Source: Halodesulfurarchaeum sp.
GTDB lineage: Archaea > Halobacteriota > Halobacteria > Halobacteriales > Halobacteriaceae
Direction of reading: 5' to 3'
Assembly (NCBI GenBank): GCA_034520565.1
Contig: JAXHNL010000001.1
Coordinates: 1-64,000 of the forward strand
Length of the DNA stretch: 64,000 bases
Shown here: piece by piece, positions 31,101 through 39,865 of the stretch
Layout: each line of letters opens with the position of its first letter
Numbering within the stretch: position 1 is the stretch's first letter
The notes under the pieces: generated by a model
Databases searched by the model: none
Seen by the model: the letters and a program-made list of their open reading frames with translations, nothing else
What the model was told of the DNA's origin: nothing
Position numbers and translations under genes: made by a program

Positions 31101-31748
31101 AACGTCAGACGCCTCGAACGGCAGATGAGTCGGCTCGAACCGGTCAACATGAAGGCCATCGACGATTACGACAAAGTCGAGACGATCCTCACCCGGCTCA
31201 CCGAGAAGCGGGACGAACTCGACGAGGAGCGGGAGGCCATCGGGGACCGGATCGATCGCTACGACCGGCTCAAGCGGGAGAACTTCATGGAGGCCTACGA
31301 AGCGATCAACGAGCAGTTCCAGGACATCTTCGAGCGGCTCTCGGACGGGACCGGCGAACTCTCACTCGAAGATCCGGAGGAACCCTTCGAGGGCGGGATG
31401 ACCATGCGTGCCCAGCCCGGAGACAAACCGATCCAGCGACTCGACGCGATGTCAGGCGGCGAGAAGTCGTTGACTGCGCTCGCGTTCATTTTCGCCATTC
31501 AGCGATTCAACCCCGCACCGTTCTACGCCCTCGACGAGATCGACGCGTTCCTCGACGCCGCGAACGCCGAGCGGGTCGGCGAGATGGTCGACGAGCTGGC
31601 CAGCGAGGCCCAGTTCGTGGTCGTCTCCCATCGCTCGGCCATGCTGGAGCGCTCCGAGCGCGCCATCGGCGTGACGATGCAGGAGGACAACATCTCTGCA
31701 GTCACGGGCATCGACCTCGCCGGTCGGGAGGCGGTCGCGGATGACTGA
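28176..31748 (+). CDS. smc: Chromosome segregation protein SMC
   Basis: NFKSF, GPNGSGKSN, Q-loop VVMQGD, hinge GRATFLP..GAMTGG, MSGGEKS, FYALDEID, VVSHR. Confidence 0.97.
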   Translation: MYIDQIVLENFKSFGRTTRIPFYQDFTTISGPNGSGKSNIIDAILFALGLARTRGMRAQKLPDLIYNPAHEEDRTHQGAREASVEVTLANEDRTITSSQLAAALGTESVDEVDQIRVKRRIKQTEDNYYSYYYLNGRSVNLSDIQDLLSSAGVTPEGYNVVMQGDVTGIIQMTPHERREIIDEIAGVAEFDRKKDDAQVELEAVREKIGEAELRIEEKQERLDQLEDEREAALEYQGLREEKQEYEAYRDLAELDERRQELADTQADIETREEELEELQAELTERAETVTRLTEDLADLDAEIERKGEDEQLRLKGEMEEIKGEISGLEDRIDGAEERIQEATETRRQAFVKIDRKGEEIDELDDQIRELKVEKASLAGEKGTLEAEIEDVEAEIEAVDTAFDDLKADLDAAKTELEEQKTERNELQREKDRHLDEARRRSTDLETARSDLEDARERAEELEARIRDLERELAKSRENKAQIEDVIEDLNEEKAERQSDLESIEADLEDAQKEYATLEARADENGDSSFGRSVTTILNADMDGVHGAIAELGSVERDYATACETAAGGRMAHVVVADDGVGERCIEYLKSRNAGRATFLPITKMDDRYLPDPPDHPGVIDFAYNLVDFAREYAPVFSYVLGDTLVVDDMATAREFMGDSRLVTLDGDLVEKSGAMTGGSGSGSRYSFEATGEGQLKRVAERIEELETERAAIAGDIDDLEEQIDRAREKRADALDGVREIEAESGRAERELESTRDEIESLEQRIEDLEAEREAVNEEMAALDEKIEETTAAIEAKQAEIEELEAELADSRIPELTDEKESLQAEVTEIEDRIDEIDGELNSLGLEKEYAESAIDDLHDDVEAAQNTKAEQEERIEELEAEIDDRRAKLEEKETAIAELEEELADLKAEREELREELAEAREARDETKNEADSLQNRIRSLEQAAGRLEAEIAQLEESVEETDPEDIPDLETVEKNVRRLERQMSRLEPVNMKAIDDYDKVETILTRLTEKRDELDEEREAIGDRIDRYDRLKRENFMEAYEAINEQFQDIFERLSDGTGELSLEDPEEPFEGGMTMRAQPGDKPIQRLDAMSGGEKSLTALAFIFAIQRFNPAPFYALDEIDAFLDAANAERVGEMVDELASEAQFVVVSHRSAMLERSERAIGVTMQEDNISAVTGIDLAGREAVADD

Positions 31749-32667
31749 AACCGCGTCGGTCGACCCGCACGAGGACGACACACGGGTCGAGCCCGTCGAG
31801 GTGCTGGTGGGGCTCGCCGAGCGCGGCGAGATCGACCCCTGGGACATCGACATCATCCAGGTGACAGACGCGTTCCTCTCGGCACTCGACGACGGCGAGA
31901 TTCGCTCCTCGGGCCGGGCGCTGTTCTACGCCAGCGTCCTGTTGCGGATGAAAAGCGACGAGCTGTTTTCCGAGGACCTCGATCCCGAACCGGACGAACC
32001 GAAGCGGATCGATCCCTTCGAGGAACCGGAGCGGTTCGACGGTCCGACCTCCGCCGTCGGGGATCCAATCGACGAACTCGAGGCGGAGATGGACCGGCGA
32101 CTCGAGCGCCGGACCGCCCGGGGTACCCCGGAGACCCTCGACGAACTCGTCCGCGAACTCCGCGAGGCCGAGCGAGGGTCGTGGTGGAAGTCCGGGCGGA
32201 GCTACGACACGGAGAACTCGCCCCACGGTTTTCTCCGCGGGGTCCAGACCCTCGATTATCGCACGGGCGATGAGACCCGTTCCGAGGGCGAGCCAAACGA
32301 GTCGGCCGTCACCGGCACGGCCCACGACGAGGACATCGACGAACTCATCGAGGCCGTCGCCGCGGCCCTCGCGGAGCGCTACGACCGTGGCCGGCCCGAG
32401 GTGCTCTATGCGGAGATTTCGGACGCCGCCGGCTCCCGGATCGAGACCTTTCTCGCCCTGCTCTTTCTCTCCCACCGTGGCGACGTATACCTCGAGCAGG
32501 ACGACCTCTTCGGCGACCTGTGGATCCAGGATCGGGGACTCGGCGACGATCAGGATTCGGGCACACTCTACCAGGAATCCGAGTCAGCCACCGCTTCCGG
32601 GGATGGGTCTGACACAGACACCACATCCGAAGGGGAACGGGCGGAAGAACCGGCCACGCGGGACTGA
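31741..32667 (+). CDS. scpA: Segregation and condensation protein A (kleisin)
   Basis: IDPWDIDI, ASVLLRMKS, TLDEL, FLALLFL..LEQDDLFG; overlaps the smc stop. Confidence 0.93.
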   Translation: MTETASVDPHEDDTRVEPVEVLVGLAERGEIDPWDIDIIQVTDAFLSALDDGEIRSSGRALFYASVLLRMKSDELFSEDLDPEPDEPKRIDPFEEPERFDGPTSAVGDPIDELEAEMDRRLERRTARGTPETLDELVRELREAERGSWWKSGRSYDTENSPHGFLRGVQTLDYRTGDETRSEGEPNESAVTGTAHDEDIDELIEAVAAALAERYDRGRPEVLYAEISDAAGSRIETFLALLFLSHRGDVYLEQDDLFGDLWIQDRGLGDDQDSGTLYQESESATASGDGSDTDTTSEGERAEEPATRD

Positions 32668-32710
32668 CCTTCCAAAAGAAGAGCGCCAGAGACGACCCGA
32701 TCGGCCCTGA

Positions 32711-33562
32711 TTACAGATAGTCGTCGACCAGCAGGTCCACGGATTCGAGGGTTGCTGTCGGGATGTGCTCGGGATCGGTGTTGATCGTGCCCTCGAGGGC
32801 CGACTCGCAGTCACACTCGCGTTTCCCAAGTGACTCGATCGCGTTCCCCACGACCGCCTGAATCGCACGCTCGTTGTGAGAAGCGTTCTCCAGCACCTCC
32901 TGGAGTGACACGGTGCTGTCGGTTTTCCAGACGTCCCAGTCGGTCACCCCGGCCACCGTGGCATAGCAAAGTTCCGCCTCACGGGCGAGCTTCGCCTCTG
33001 GAATGGCCGTCATGCCGATGATGTCAAAGCCCTGCTCGCGGTAGAATTCGCTCTCCGCGCGGGTCGAGAACTGCGGGCCCTCGATCGTGACGTATGTCCC
33101 GCCCTCGGTGACCGGCGCCGCAGTTGCTGATTCGGCCGCTGCCGCGAGCGTCCCGGAAAGATCCGGACAGAACGGTTCCGCGAAGCCCTGGTGGACGACC
33201 ATTCCGTCGCCGAAGAAGCTAGACGCTCGGTGTCGGGTTCGGTCGAACAGCTGGTCCGGGATCACGAGCGTGCGTGGTTCGAGGTCCTCGCGAAGACTCC
33301 CGACGGCGTTGCTGGCGATGATCCGCTCCACGCCGAGGGACTTGAGCGCGTACATGTTCGCCCGATACGGGAGGTCAGTCGGGGAGTACTGGTGGTGGCG
33401 GCCGTGGCGGGGGATGAACGCCACTTCGGTACCAGTTCCCTCGTACGTGCCGATGGTTACGGGTGCGCTTGGATCGCCAAACGGTGTCGAGACGTCCCGC
33501 TCCCGGACGTTCGTGAGTGGGAGGGCCTCGTAAATGCCGCTCCCGCCGATGAAGCCGATCAT
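32711..33562 (-). CDS. mtnP: S-methyl-5'-thioadenosine phosphorylase
   Basis: IGGSG, RHGRHH, YRAN, AVGSL, EGPQFSTRAES, IGMT..PEAKLARE, VTDWD. Confidence 0.92.
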   Translation of the reverse strand: MIGFIGGSGIYEALPLTNVRERDVSTPFGDPSAPVTIGTYEGTGTEVAFIPRHGRHHQYSPTDLPYRANMYALKSLGVERIIASNAVGSLREDLEPRTLVIPDQLFDRTRHRASSFFGDGMVVHQGFAEPFCPDLSGTLAAAAESATAAPVTEGGTYVTIEGPQFSTRAESEFYREQGFDIIGMTAIPEAKLAREAELCYATVAGVTDWDVWKTDSTVSLQEVLENASHNERAIQAVVGNAIESLGKRECDCESALEGTINTDPEHIPTATLESVDLLVDDYL

Positions 33563-33618
33563 ATGCCGGCCTTCTCGGGACTCGACCTAAACGGTTGGGT
33601 TCCCGTGCGGTGCGGTGA

Positions 33619-34314
33619 TCAATCGTCCGCGAGGGCCCACCCCTCACCAGCCCGAACGATCACGTCCCTGCGGTCCATCTCCTCGAGGACCTCTACAAGC
33701 CGGTCGGGCTGGGCGATTTCCATCTCGATGCGGTCGATGTCGTGGTACGTGGCGAGGAGATTTCTGATCTCGGCCTCCGTGTACGGGCCATCCCCGCCCT
33801 TCTCCATGACGCCGGCGATGAGATCGACCATGTCCTCGATGAAATTCCACGGATAGACGACCCAGGTCCACTCCTGGAGCCGCTCGCCGACGAAGTCCGG
33901 TTCGAACTCGCTGGTCTGGAGGAGTTGCAACGTGGCCGTCCGGACCTCGCCGGAATCGCGGTCGGTTACGTACTCGTAGGCGTGCTGAATCGAGCCGCCG
34001 GTGTCGGCGATATCGTCGACGATGAGGACGTCCTTGCCCGCGACCGAGCCCTCCGGCATCGGGTACCGGATCTCCGGTTCCTCGGATTTCGCGGCCGTCC
34101 CGACGTAGTGTTCCATCTTGAGGCTCGTCAGGTCGTCGAGGCCGAGGAAATCACAGAGAACCCGACCCGAGAACCAGCCGCCGCGGGCCAGCGCCACGAT
34201 GACGTCGGGTTCGAAGTCGGCGGCCTTGACCTGGTCGGCCACGGTTCGACTGAGACCGTAGATGTAGTCCCAATTCGTGATGGTGCAGTTGAATTCATCG
34301 GGGAGCGCAGCCAT
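33619..34314 (-). CDS. Purine phosphoribosyltransferase family protein
   Basis: ALARGG, VLIVDDIADTGGS PRPP-binding motif, WVVYPW. Confidence 0.9.
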   Translation of the reverse strand: MAALPDEFNCTITNWDYIYGLSRTVADQVKAADFEPDVIVALARGGWFSGRVLCDFLGLDDLTSLKMEHYVGTAAKSEEPEIRYPMPEGSVAGKDVLIVDDIADTGGSIQHAYEYVTDRDSGEVRTATLQLLQTSEFEPDFVGERLQEWTWVVYPWNFIEDMVDLIAGVMEKGGDGPYTEAEIRNLLATYHDIDRIEMEIAQPDRLVEVLEEMDRRDVIVRAGEGWALADD

Positions 34315-34433
34315 TGGGTTCGGTCACCATCATCGATAGTGGTGAGAACGGACTTTAATCATGCCATCTCCACTGGCGAGCTGATCGATCGGCCAAGCGT
34401 GGAAAAGCCACTCGTCGATATCTCGAGCCCAGG

Positions 34434-34862
34434 TCAGTCTTCGGACCCGAATTCGAACCCGTCCTCCCGCTTGAGCTCCCTGAGTTCCCGGTTGGCCGAC
34501 TGGAGGTCCTGTTGCATGTCCGCGAGGCGGTCGTCAAGCACCGCGACGATGTCGCTTTTGACGTGTTCGGTGTCGAAGGTGTCGCCGAGTTCCTCCGCCA
34601 TCGCGCCGGTCATCGTATGATAAAGCGCCCAGGCCTTGCCGAGCCGCCAGACCGCGAGGCCGAGAACGACCGGGACGAGACCGAGATAACTCCGGGTCGT
34701 GAAGTGCGGGTATCGGAACCCGAAGATGGTGTCCGGACCCAGCACGAGGCCACTTGAGACGAGGTACCCACCGAGGCCGACAATGGCCACCCCGAGAAGC
34801 GACAGGGCGGTGGTGAAAAGGAAGTACCGGCCCGCCCATCGCAAGGAGCGTTTCTGGTCCAT
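34434..34862 (-). CDS. Hypothetical two-TM protein with C-terminal coiled coil
   Basis: MDQKRSLRW start about 27 bp after an AT-rich box; two hydrophobic helices; acidic coiled-coil tail. Confidence 0.65.
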   Translation of the reverse strand: MDQKRSLRWAGRYFLFTTALSLLGVAIVGLGGYLVSSGLVLGPDTIFGFRYPHFTTRSYLGLVPVVLGLAVWRLGKAWALYHTMTGAMAEELGDTFDTEHVKSDIVAVLDDRLADMQQDLQSANRELRELKREDGFEFGSED

Positions 34863-35019
34863 GTCGAGCCCAAGCGCGGGCGTGGTTTTAATATTCCGCC
34901 ACGGAGCCACGCCGTCTTCCGGCCACTCGGGGCGCTCGGACGGCCCTGGCAGGTCGTTTCCGATCCGATAGTATTGCCGCAACCTTCATGGGTCCACTCC
35001 GGGTTCATACACCTGCCAC

Positions 35020-37269
35020 ATGGCAGTACGCTGGCTGGATCACGTACGGGCCGACGACATCGGGAGCGTCGGCGGGAAGGGGGCCTCCCTCGGGGAGATG
35101 ACCGACGCTGGACTTCCCGTCCCGCCCGGGTTCGTCGTCACCGCGGACACGTATCGCTCGTTCATCGAAGACACCGGCATCGACGACGAACTCTTCGCGG
35201 CCGTCGACGTGGAGACCGAGGACTCGGGGGCGCTCGCCGAAGCCGAATCGCGGGCCAAGGAGCTCATCCTGGAGACGCCGATCCCCGACCACATCGAGGA
35301 GGAGATCAAGGCGGCCTACGCGAACCTGGACGGGGAGGACCCCTTCGTCGCGGTCCGCTCATCGGGCACCGCCGAGGACCTCCCGGAGGCGAGTTTCGCC
35401 GGGCAGCAGGAGACCTACCTCAACGTCCAGGGCGAGAAGCTTCTCGACCGGGTTCGTCGGGCATGGGCCTCGCTTTTCACCCAAAGGGCGATCTACTACC
35501 GCGAGCAACAGGGTTTCTCCCACGACGCGGTCGACATCGCCGTCGTCGTCCAGCAGATGGTCGACGCCGAAAAGAGCGGGGTGCTGTTCACCAGTCACCC
35601 CTCGACCGGGGCCAAGAAGACGATCATCGAGGCTGCCTGGGGGCTGGGCGAGGCGGTCGTGTCGGGATCGGTCTCCCCGGATAACTACCACGTCGACCGC
35701 CAGACCGGCAAGTTAGCGGAGATCACCGTCGCCGACAAGAAACTGGAGATGGTCCGGGACCCCGAAACCGGGGAGACGGTCACCGAACCGATCGAGGGGG
35801 ACAGACGGACGGCACGGGTCCTGACCGACGAGGAAATCGACGAACTCGTCGCGATGGGCGAGCGAGTCGAGGAACACTACGAAACCCCCCAGGACGTCGA
35901 GTGGGCGATCGCCGACGGGACGCTGTACATGCTCCAGTCCCGTCCGATCACGACGATCGACGCGGGAGCGGCGAGCGAAAGCAACGGGGAATCGAACGGG
36001 GAGAGCATCCTCTCCGGGCTCGGAGCAAGTCCGGGGATCGCCTCCGGGGCCGTTCGAACGATCCGCAAACTCGACCAGCTCGACAAGGTCGGAGAGGGCG
36101 ACATCATCGTCACGCCAATGACCACCCCGGACATGGTCCCGGCAATGAAGCGGGCCTCGGGGATCATCACCGAGGAGGGCGGAATGACCAGTCACGCCGC
36201 CATCGTCTCCCGAGAACTTGGGGTGCCGGCCGTCGTCGGAACCGGGAACGCCACGGACATCCTCGAAGACGACCAGATCGTCACGATCGACGGGGATCGC
36301 GGTGACGTTCGCGACGGCCGGGACACCGCCCAGACGGAACGGGAACCCATTGAAGAGGCCCGACCAAAGGCGCCCGTCAAGCCGATGACGGCCACCGAGG
36401 TGAAGGTCAACATCTCGATTCCGGGGGCCGCCGAACGGGCCGCGGCAACGGGCGCTGACGGTGTCGGCCTGCTTCGGATGGAGCACATGATCCTCGGGAC
36501 GAACAAGACCCCCCAACGCTACCTCGCGGACCACGGCCCGGACGCCTACAAAGACGAAATCGTCACCGGCGTGCGCGAGGTCGCAGAGGAGTTCTACCCA
36601 CGGCCAGTTCGAGTCAGGACCCTTGACGCGCCGACCGACGAATTCCGGCAGCTCGAGGGCGGAAACGACGAACCCAGCGAGCACAATCCCATGCTCGGGT
36701 GGCGCGGGATCCGGCGGAGCCTCGAGGAGCCCGAGATCTTCGAATACGAGCTCGAAGCGGTCAAGCGGCTCTTCGAGATGGGATACGACAACGTGGAGAT
36801 CATGTTCCCGCTCGTGAACGACGCCGCGGACGTCGAGCAGGCCAGAGAACACCTCGAAAAGGCCGGCATCGACCCGGAAAAGCGCTCGTGGGGCGTCATG
36901 GTCGAAACACCGGCAAGTGTCATGACCGTCGAGGAGATGGCCGCGGAGGGAATCGACTTTGCCTCCTTCGGCACGAACGACCTCACCCAGTACACCCTCG
37001 CCGTCGACCGGAACAACGGGCGAGTCGCCGACCGCTTCGACGAACTTCACCCCGCCGTGCTCAAGCTCATCAGCCGGACCATCGAAGTCTGTCGAGAACA
37101 CGACGTGGACACGAGCATCTGCGGACAGGCCGGCTCGAAACCGGAGATGGTCGACTTCCTCGTCGAGGAGGGGATTTCCTCCATCTCTGCAAACATCGAC
37201 GCGGTTCGAGACGTTCAACACGAGGTCAAGCGGACCGAACAGCGCCTCCTGCTCGATTCGGTCCGATAG
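35020..37269 (+). CDS. ppsA: Phosphoenolpyruvate synthase
   Basis: GGKGASLGE, AVRSS..EDL..SFAGQQET, WGLGE, GGMTSHAAIV phospho-His, FGTNDLTQ, SICGQ. Confidence 0.96.
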   Translation: MAVRWLDHVRADDIGSVGGKGASLGEMTDAGLPVPPGFVVTADTYRSFIEDTGIDDELFAAVDVETEDSGALAEAESRAKELILETPIPDHIEEEIKAAYANLDGEDPFVAVRSSGTAEDLPEASFAGQQETYLNVQGEKLLDRVRRAWASLFTQRAIYYREQQGFSHDAVDIAVVVQQMVDAEKSGVLFTSHPSTGAKKTIIEAAWGLGEAVVSGSVSPDNYHVDRQTGKLAEITVADKKLEMVRDPETGETVTEPIEGDRRTARVLTDEEIDELVAMGERVEEHYETPQDVEWAIADGTLYMLQSRPITTIDAGAASESNGESNGESILSGLGASPGIASGAVRTIRKLDQLDKVGEGDIIVTPMTTPDMVPAMKRASGIITEEGGMTSHAAIVSRELGVPAVVGTGNATDILEDDQIVTIDGDRGDVRDGRDTAQTEREPIEEARPKAPVKPMTATEVKVNISIPGAAERAAATGADGVGLLRMEHMILGTNKTPQRYLADHGPDAYKDEIVTGVREVAEEFYPRPVRVRTLDAPTDEFRQLEGGNDEPSEHNPMLGWRGIRRSLEEPEIFEYELEAVKRLFEMGYDNVEIMFPLVNDAADVEQAREHLEKAGIDPEKRSWGVMVETPASVMTVEEMAAEGIDFASFGTNDLTQYTLAVDRNNGRVADRFDELHPAVLKLISRTIEVCREHDVDTSICGQAGSKPEMVDFLVEEGISSISANIDAVRDVQHEVKRTEQRLLLDSVR

Positions 37270-37342
37270 CACAGCGATTCCGTAAAACGGGGGCCACGAC
37301 CGAACGACAGAGGTTTTCGGGATTGCGTGCTAGTCGGCGCAC

Positions 37343-38581
37343 ATGCTCGTCTTTCACGCCGCGTTCCTGCTCCTCGTCGTGGGCTCGACGACCTTTTTCT
37401 GCTGGCTCGCGGCCGCGAACGTCAGCTATGCAGAGCGAACCGTTCACGACCGCGCCGACTGGCTGGCAGACACCCTCGGGATCGAGGACCCCGACCGCCT
37501 CCTCGAATACCACCGGTTGACGACGGCGTCCGCGCAGCTACGCCAGGTCGTGTTCCTCGGGCTCCTCTTGCTCGTCTTGTATTCGGGACTCTTCTCCGAC
37601 CTGGTGGCCGGGCTCTACACCGTGATCGGCAACGAGCTACTCGCCGGGGTCGCGCTGTTCGTCGGTGCGACGGTCCTCATGCGAGTGATTCAACTCCCCT
37701 TCGACGCCTTCGGGACCTTCGGAATCGAGGAGGGCTTCGGGTTCAACGAGCAGTCGCCGCGACTCTTCGTTCGCGACGCGCTCGTGAGCACGGCCGTCGG
37801 CGTCGTGCTGGTCGGCCTCCTCGGCGGGGCGATCCTCGTCGTCATCCGGCAGTTCCCGGACTGGTGGTGGCTGGCGGCAACCGGCGTGGTCGGCGTCTTC
37901 AGTCTCGCGAGCCAGGTGCTCGTTCCGCGGGTCATCATGCCACTCTTTTATGACTTCGATCCGGTCGAGAAAGGGGACCTCCGCGAGGCGGTCGAGACGG
38001 TGTTCGAACGGGCGGGCTTCACCTGCGAGGACGTCTACGAGATGGACGCGAGCACGCGGTCGGGCCATTCAAACGCCTTCTTTACCGGTTTCGGGGCGGC
38101 CAAACGGGTCGTGCTCTACGACACGCTGATCGAGCAACTCGAGACCGATGAACTCCAGAGCGTGCTCGCCCACGAACTGGCCCACTGGAAAAAGGGGCAC
38201 ATCTGGCAAGGAATGGGAATGAGCGTCCTGCAGGCTGGCGTCCTGCTCTTTCTCGCAAAGCTCCTCATGGAAACGACCTGGCTCTACGCGATGTTCGACG
38301 TCCCGGCAGTTCCCGCGGCCGGACTCCTGCTCGCCGCGTTCTGGCTGGAACCGATCGCGCAGTTCACCCAGCCGCTGTCGAACCGGCTCTGGCTCGAAAA
38401 CGAGCGAGAAGCGGACGACTTCGCCATGGACGTCGTGGGCGGTGGCGAACCGCTTGCAGACGCATTAGCAACCCTCCAGCGGGAGAACCTCGGCAATCCC
38501 TTCCCGCACCCGCTCTACGAGACGTTTCATTACCAGCACCCGCCGGTTCCCGAGCGAATTCGAGAACTCACCGAGGGCTGA
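37343..38581 (+). CDS. M48 family (Ste24-like) membrane zinc metalloprotease
   Basis: SNAFFTGFG..KRVVLYDTL, AHELAH, EREAD, HPPVPERI. Confidence 0.92.
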   Translation: MLVFHAAFLLLVVGSTTFFCWLAAANVSYAERTVHDRADWLADTLGIEDPDRLLEYHRLTTASAQLRQVVFLGLLLLVLYSGLFSDLVAGLYTVIGNELLAGVALFVGATVLMRVIQLPFDAFGTFGIEEGFGFNEQSPRLFVRDALVSTAVGVVLVGLLGGAILVVIRQFPDWWWLAATGVVGVFSLASQVLVPRVIMPLFYDFDPVEKGDLREAVETVFERAGFTCEDVYEMDASTRSGHSNAFFTGFGAAKRVVLYDTLIEQLETDELQSVLAHELAHWKKGHIWQGMGMSVLQAGVLLFLAKLLMETTWLYAMFDVPAVPAAGLLLAAFWLEPIAQFTQPLSNRLWLENEREADDFAMDVVGGGEPLADALATLQRENLGNPFPHPLYETFHYQHPPVPERIRELTEG

Positions 38582-38653
38582 CGGGTTCGCGGCGGAACCG
38601 TCTGCGGCGAAGGGAGCGGAACCGATAAGCGGCTGGTTCGACACCTCGGAAGT

Positions 38654-39715
38654 ATGCCCGGATCACAGTCACCCGCTCCCCAGTCCTTCGATCGGGTGCT
38701 CTCCTCGATGTGCACGCGACCGGCACCGGTCGCCGAGCGGGCCGCACGCGCATTTCTGGGGACCAACCCTGGCGACCCGGCCACGTTCGAAACGGTCGCC
38801 GACCTCGAGTACTCGGTCGTCTCGATGCTCGGCGACGTCGTCGGCCTCCCGGAGCCACATGGGTACGTCACGGCCGGCGGGACGGAGGCCAACGTCCAGG
38901 CGGTCCGCGCCGCCCGGAACCGCACGGGGACTGGGGATCCGAACGTCGTGGCTCCGGAGAGCGCCCACTTTTCGCTCCGCAAAGCCGCCGAGTTGCTCGA
39001 CATGGAGGTTCGATTCGTCGACACCGATTCGGAAAACCGGGCCGACCCGGACGCGATGGCCGAGGCCGTTGACGAGGAGACTGCACTCGTCTTCTGTGTC
39101 GCCGGCTCGACCGAGTACGGCCGCGTGGATCCGATTCCGGCGCTTGCGGACCTCGCCGATTCCGTCGATGCCCACTGCCACGTCGACGCGGCGTTCGGCG
39201 GGTTCCTCCTCCCGTTTACCGACCACGAGTGGCACTTCGGCCACGCAGGGATCGACTCCATGACGATCGATCCGCATAAGACCGGGCGGGCAGCGATTCC
39301 CGCCGGTGGGTTCCTCGCCAGGGACGCGTCGACACTCCAGGCGCTCGAAGTGAAAACACCCTACCTCGCCTCCGAAACGCAAGTTTCGCTGGGCGGCACC
39401 CGGAGCGGGGCTGGCGTCGCAAGTGCCGCTGCAGCGCTCTCGACGCTCTGGCCGTCCGGGTACCGGGCGGCATTCGAACGGACGATGGAACTTGCGGCGT
39501 GGATCGCGTCCGAACTCGAATCCCGAGGGTACGACGTCGCCGAACCCACACTCCCACTGGTGTCGTGGCAACCCGACTCGGGACAGTACGACGCGTTACG
39601 TGCGGCGGGCTGGAAGATCGCCCGCACTCGCGGTGGCGCGATTCGACTGGTTGTCATGCCCCACGTGACCCGATCCATGCTCGAATCGTTCCTCGCGGAC
39701 CTCGAACGGCTCTGA
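38654..39715 (+). CDS. mfnA: Tyrosine/aspartate decarboxylase MfnA (PLP-dependent)
   Basis: LSSMCT, TNPGDP, GGTEAN, AHFS, HVDAAFGG, IDPHK. Confidence 0.92.
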   Translation: MPGSQSPAPQSFDRVLSSMCTRPAPVAERAARAFLGTNPGDPATFETVADLEYSVVSMLGDVVGLPEPHGYVTAGGTEANVQAVRAARNRTGTGDPNVVAPESAHFSLRKAAELLDMEVRFVDTDSENRADPDAMAEAVDEETALVFCVAGSTEYGRVDPIPALADLADSVDAHCHVDAAFGGFLLPFTDHEWHFGHAGIDSMTIDPHKTGRAAIPAGGFLARDASTLQALEVKTPYLASETQVSLGGTRSGAGVASAAAALSTLWPSGYRAAFERTMELAAWIASELESRGYDVAEPTLPLVSWQPDSGQYDALRAAGWKIARTRGGAIRLVVMPHVTRSMLESFLADLERL

Positions 39716-39865
39716 GCGAGCGGAACCGTTTCGGAGACGGCTACAACCGTCGTAACGGACTGTCCGAAGAGGCGTCGTCCTCATTTGATCGACGGTTTCA
39801 CCGGTCGTCCTTCCATGCGACCGCAAAACGGGGAGCTTTAACCTGCCGGGCTGGCATCCATACCC

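Noticed and set aside
28750-31300. Repetitive gag/gac-rich DNA suggesting a tandem repeat or array
   Set aside because: It is the acidic coiled-coil coding sequence of SMC, with no fixed-length repeat-spacer structure.
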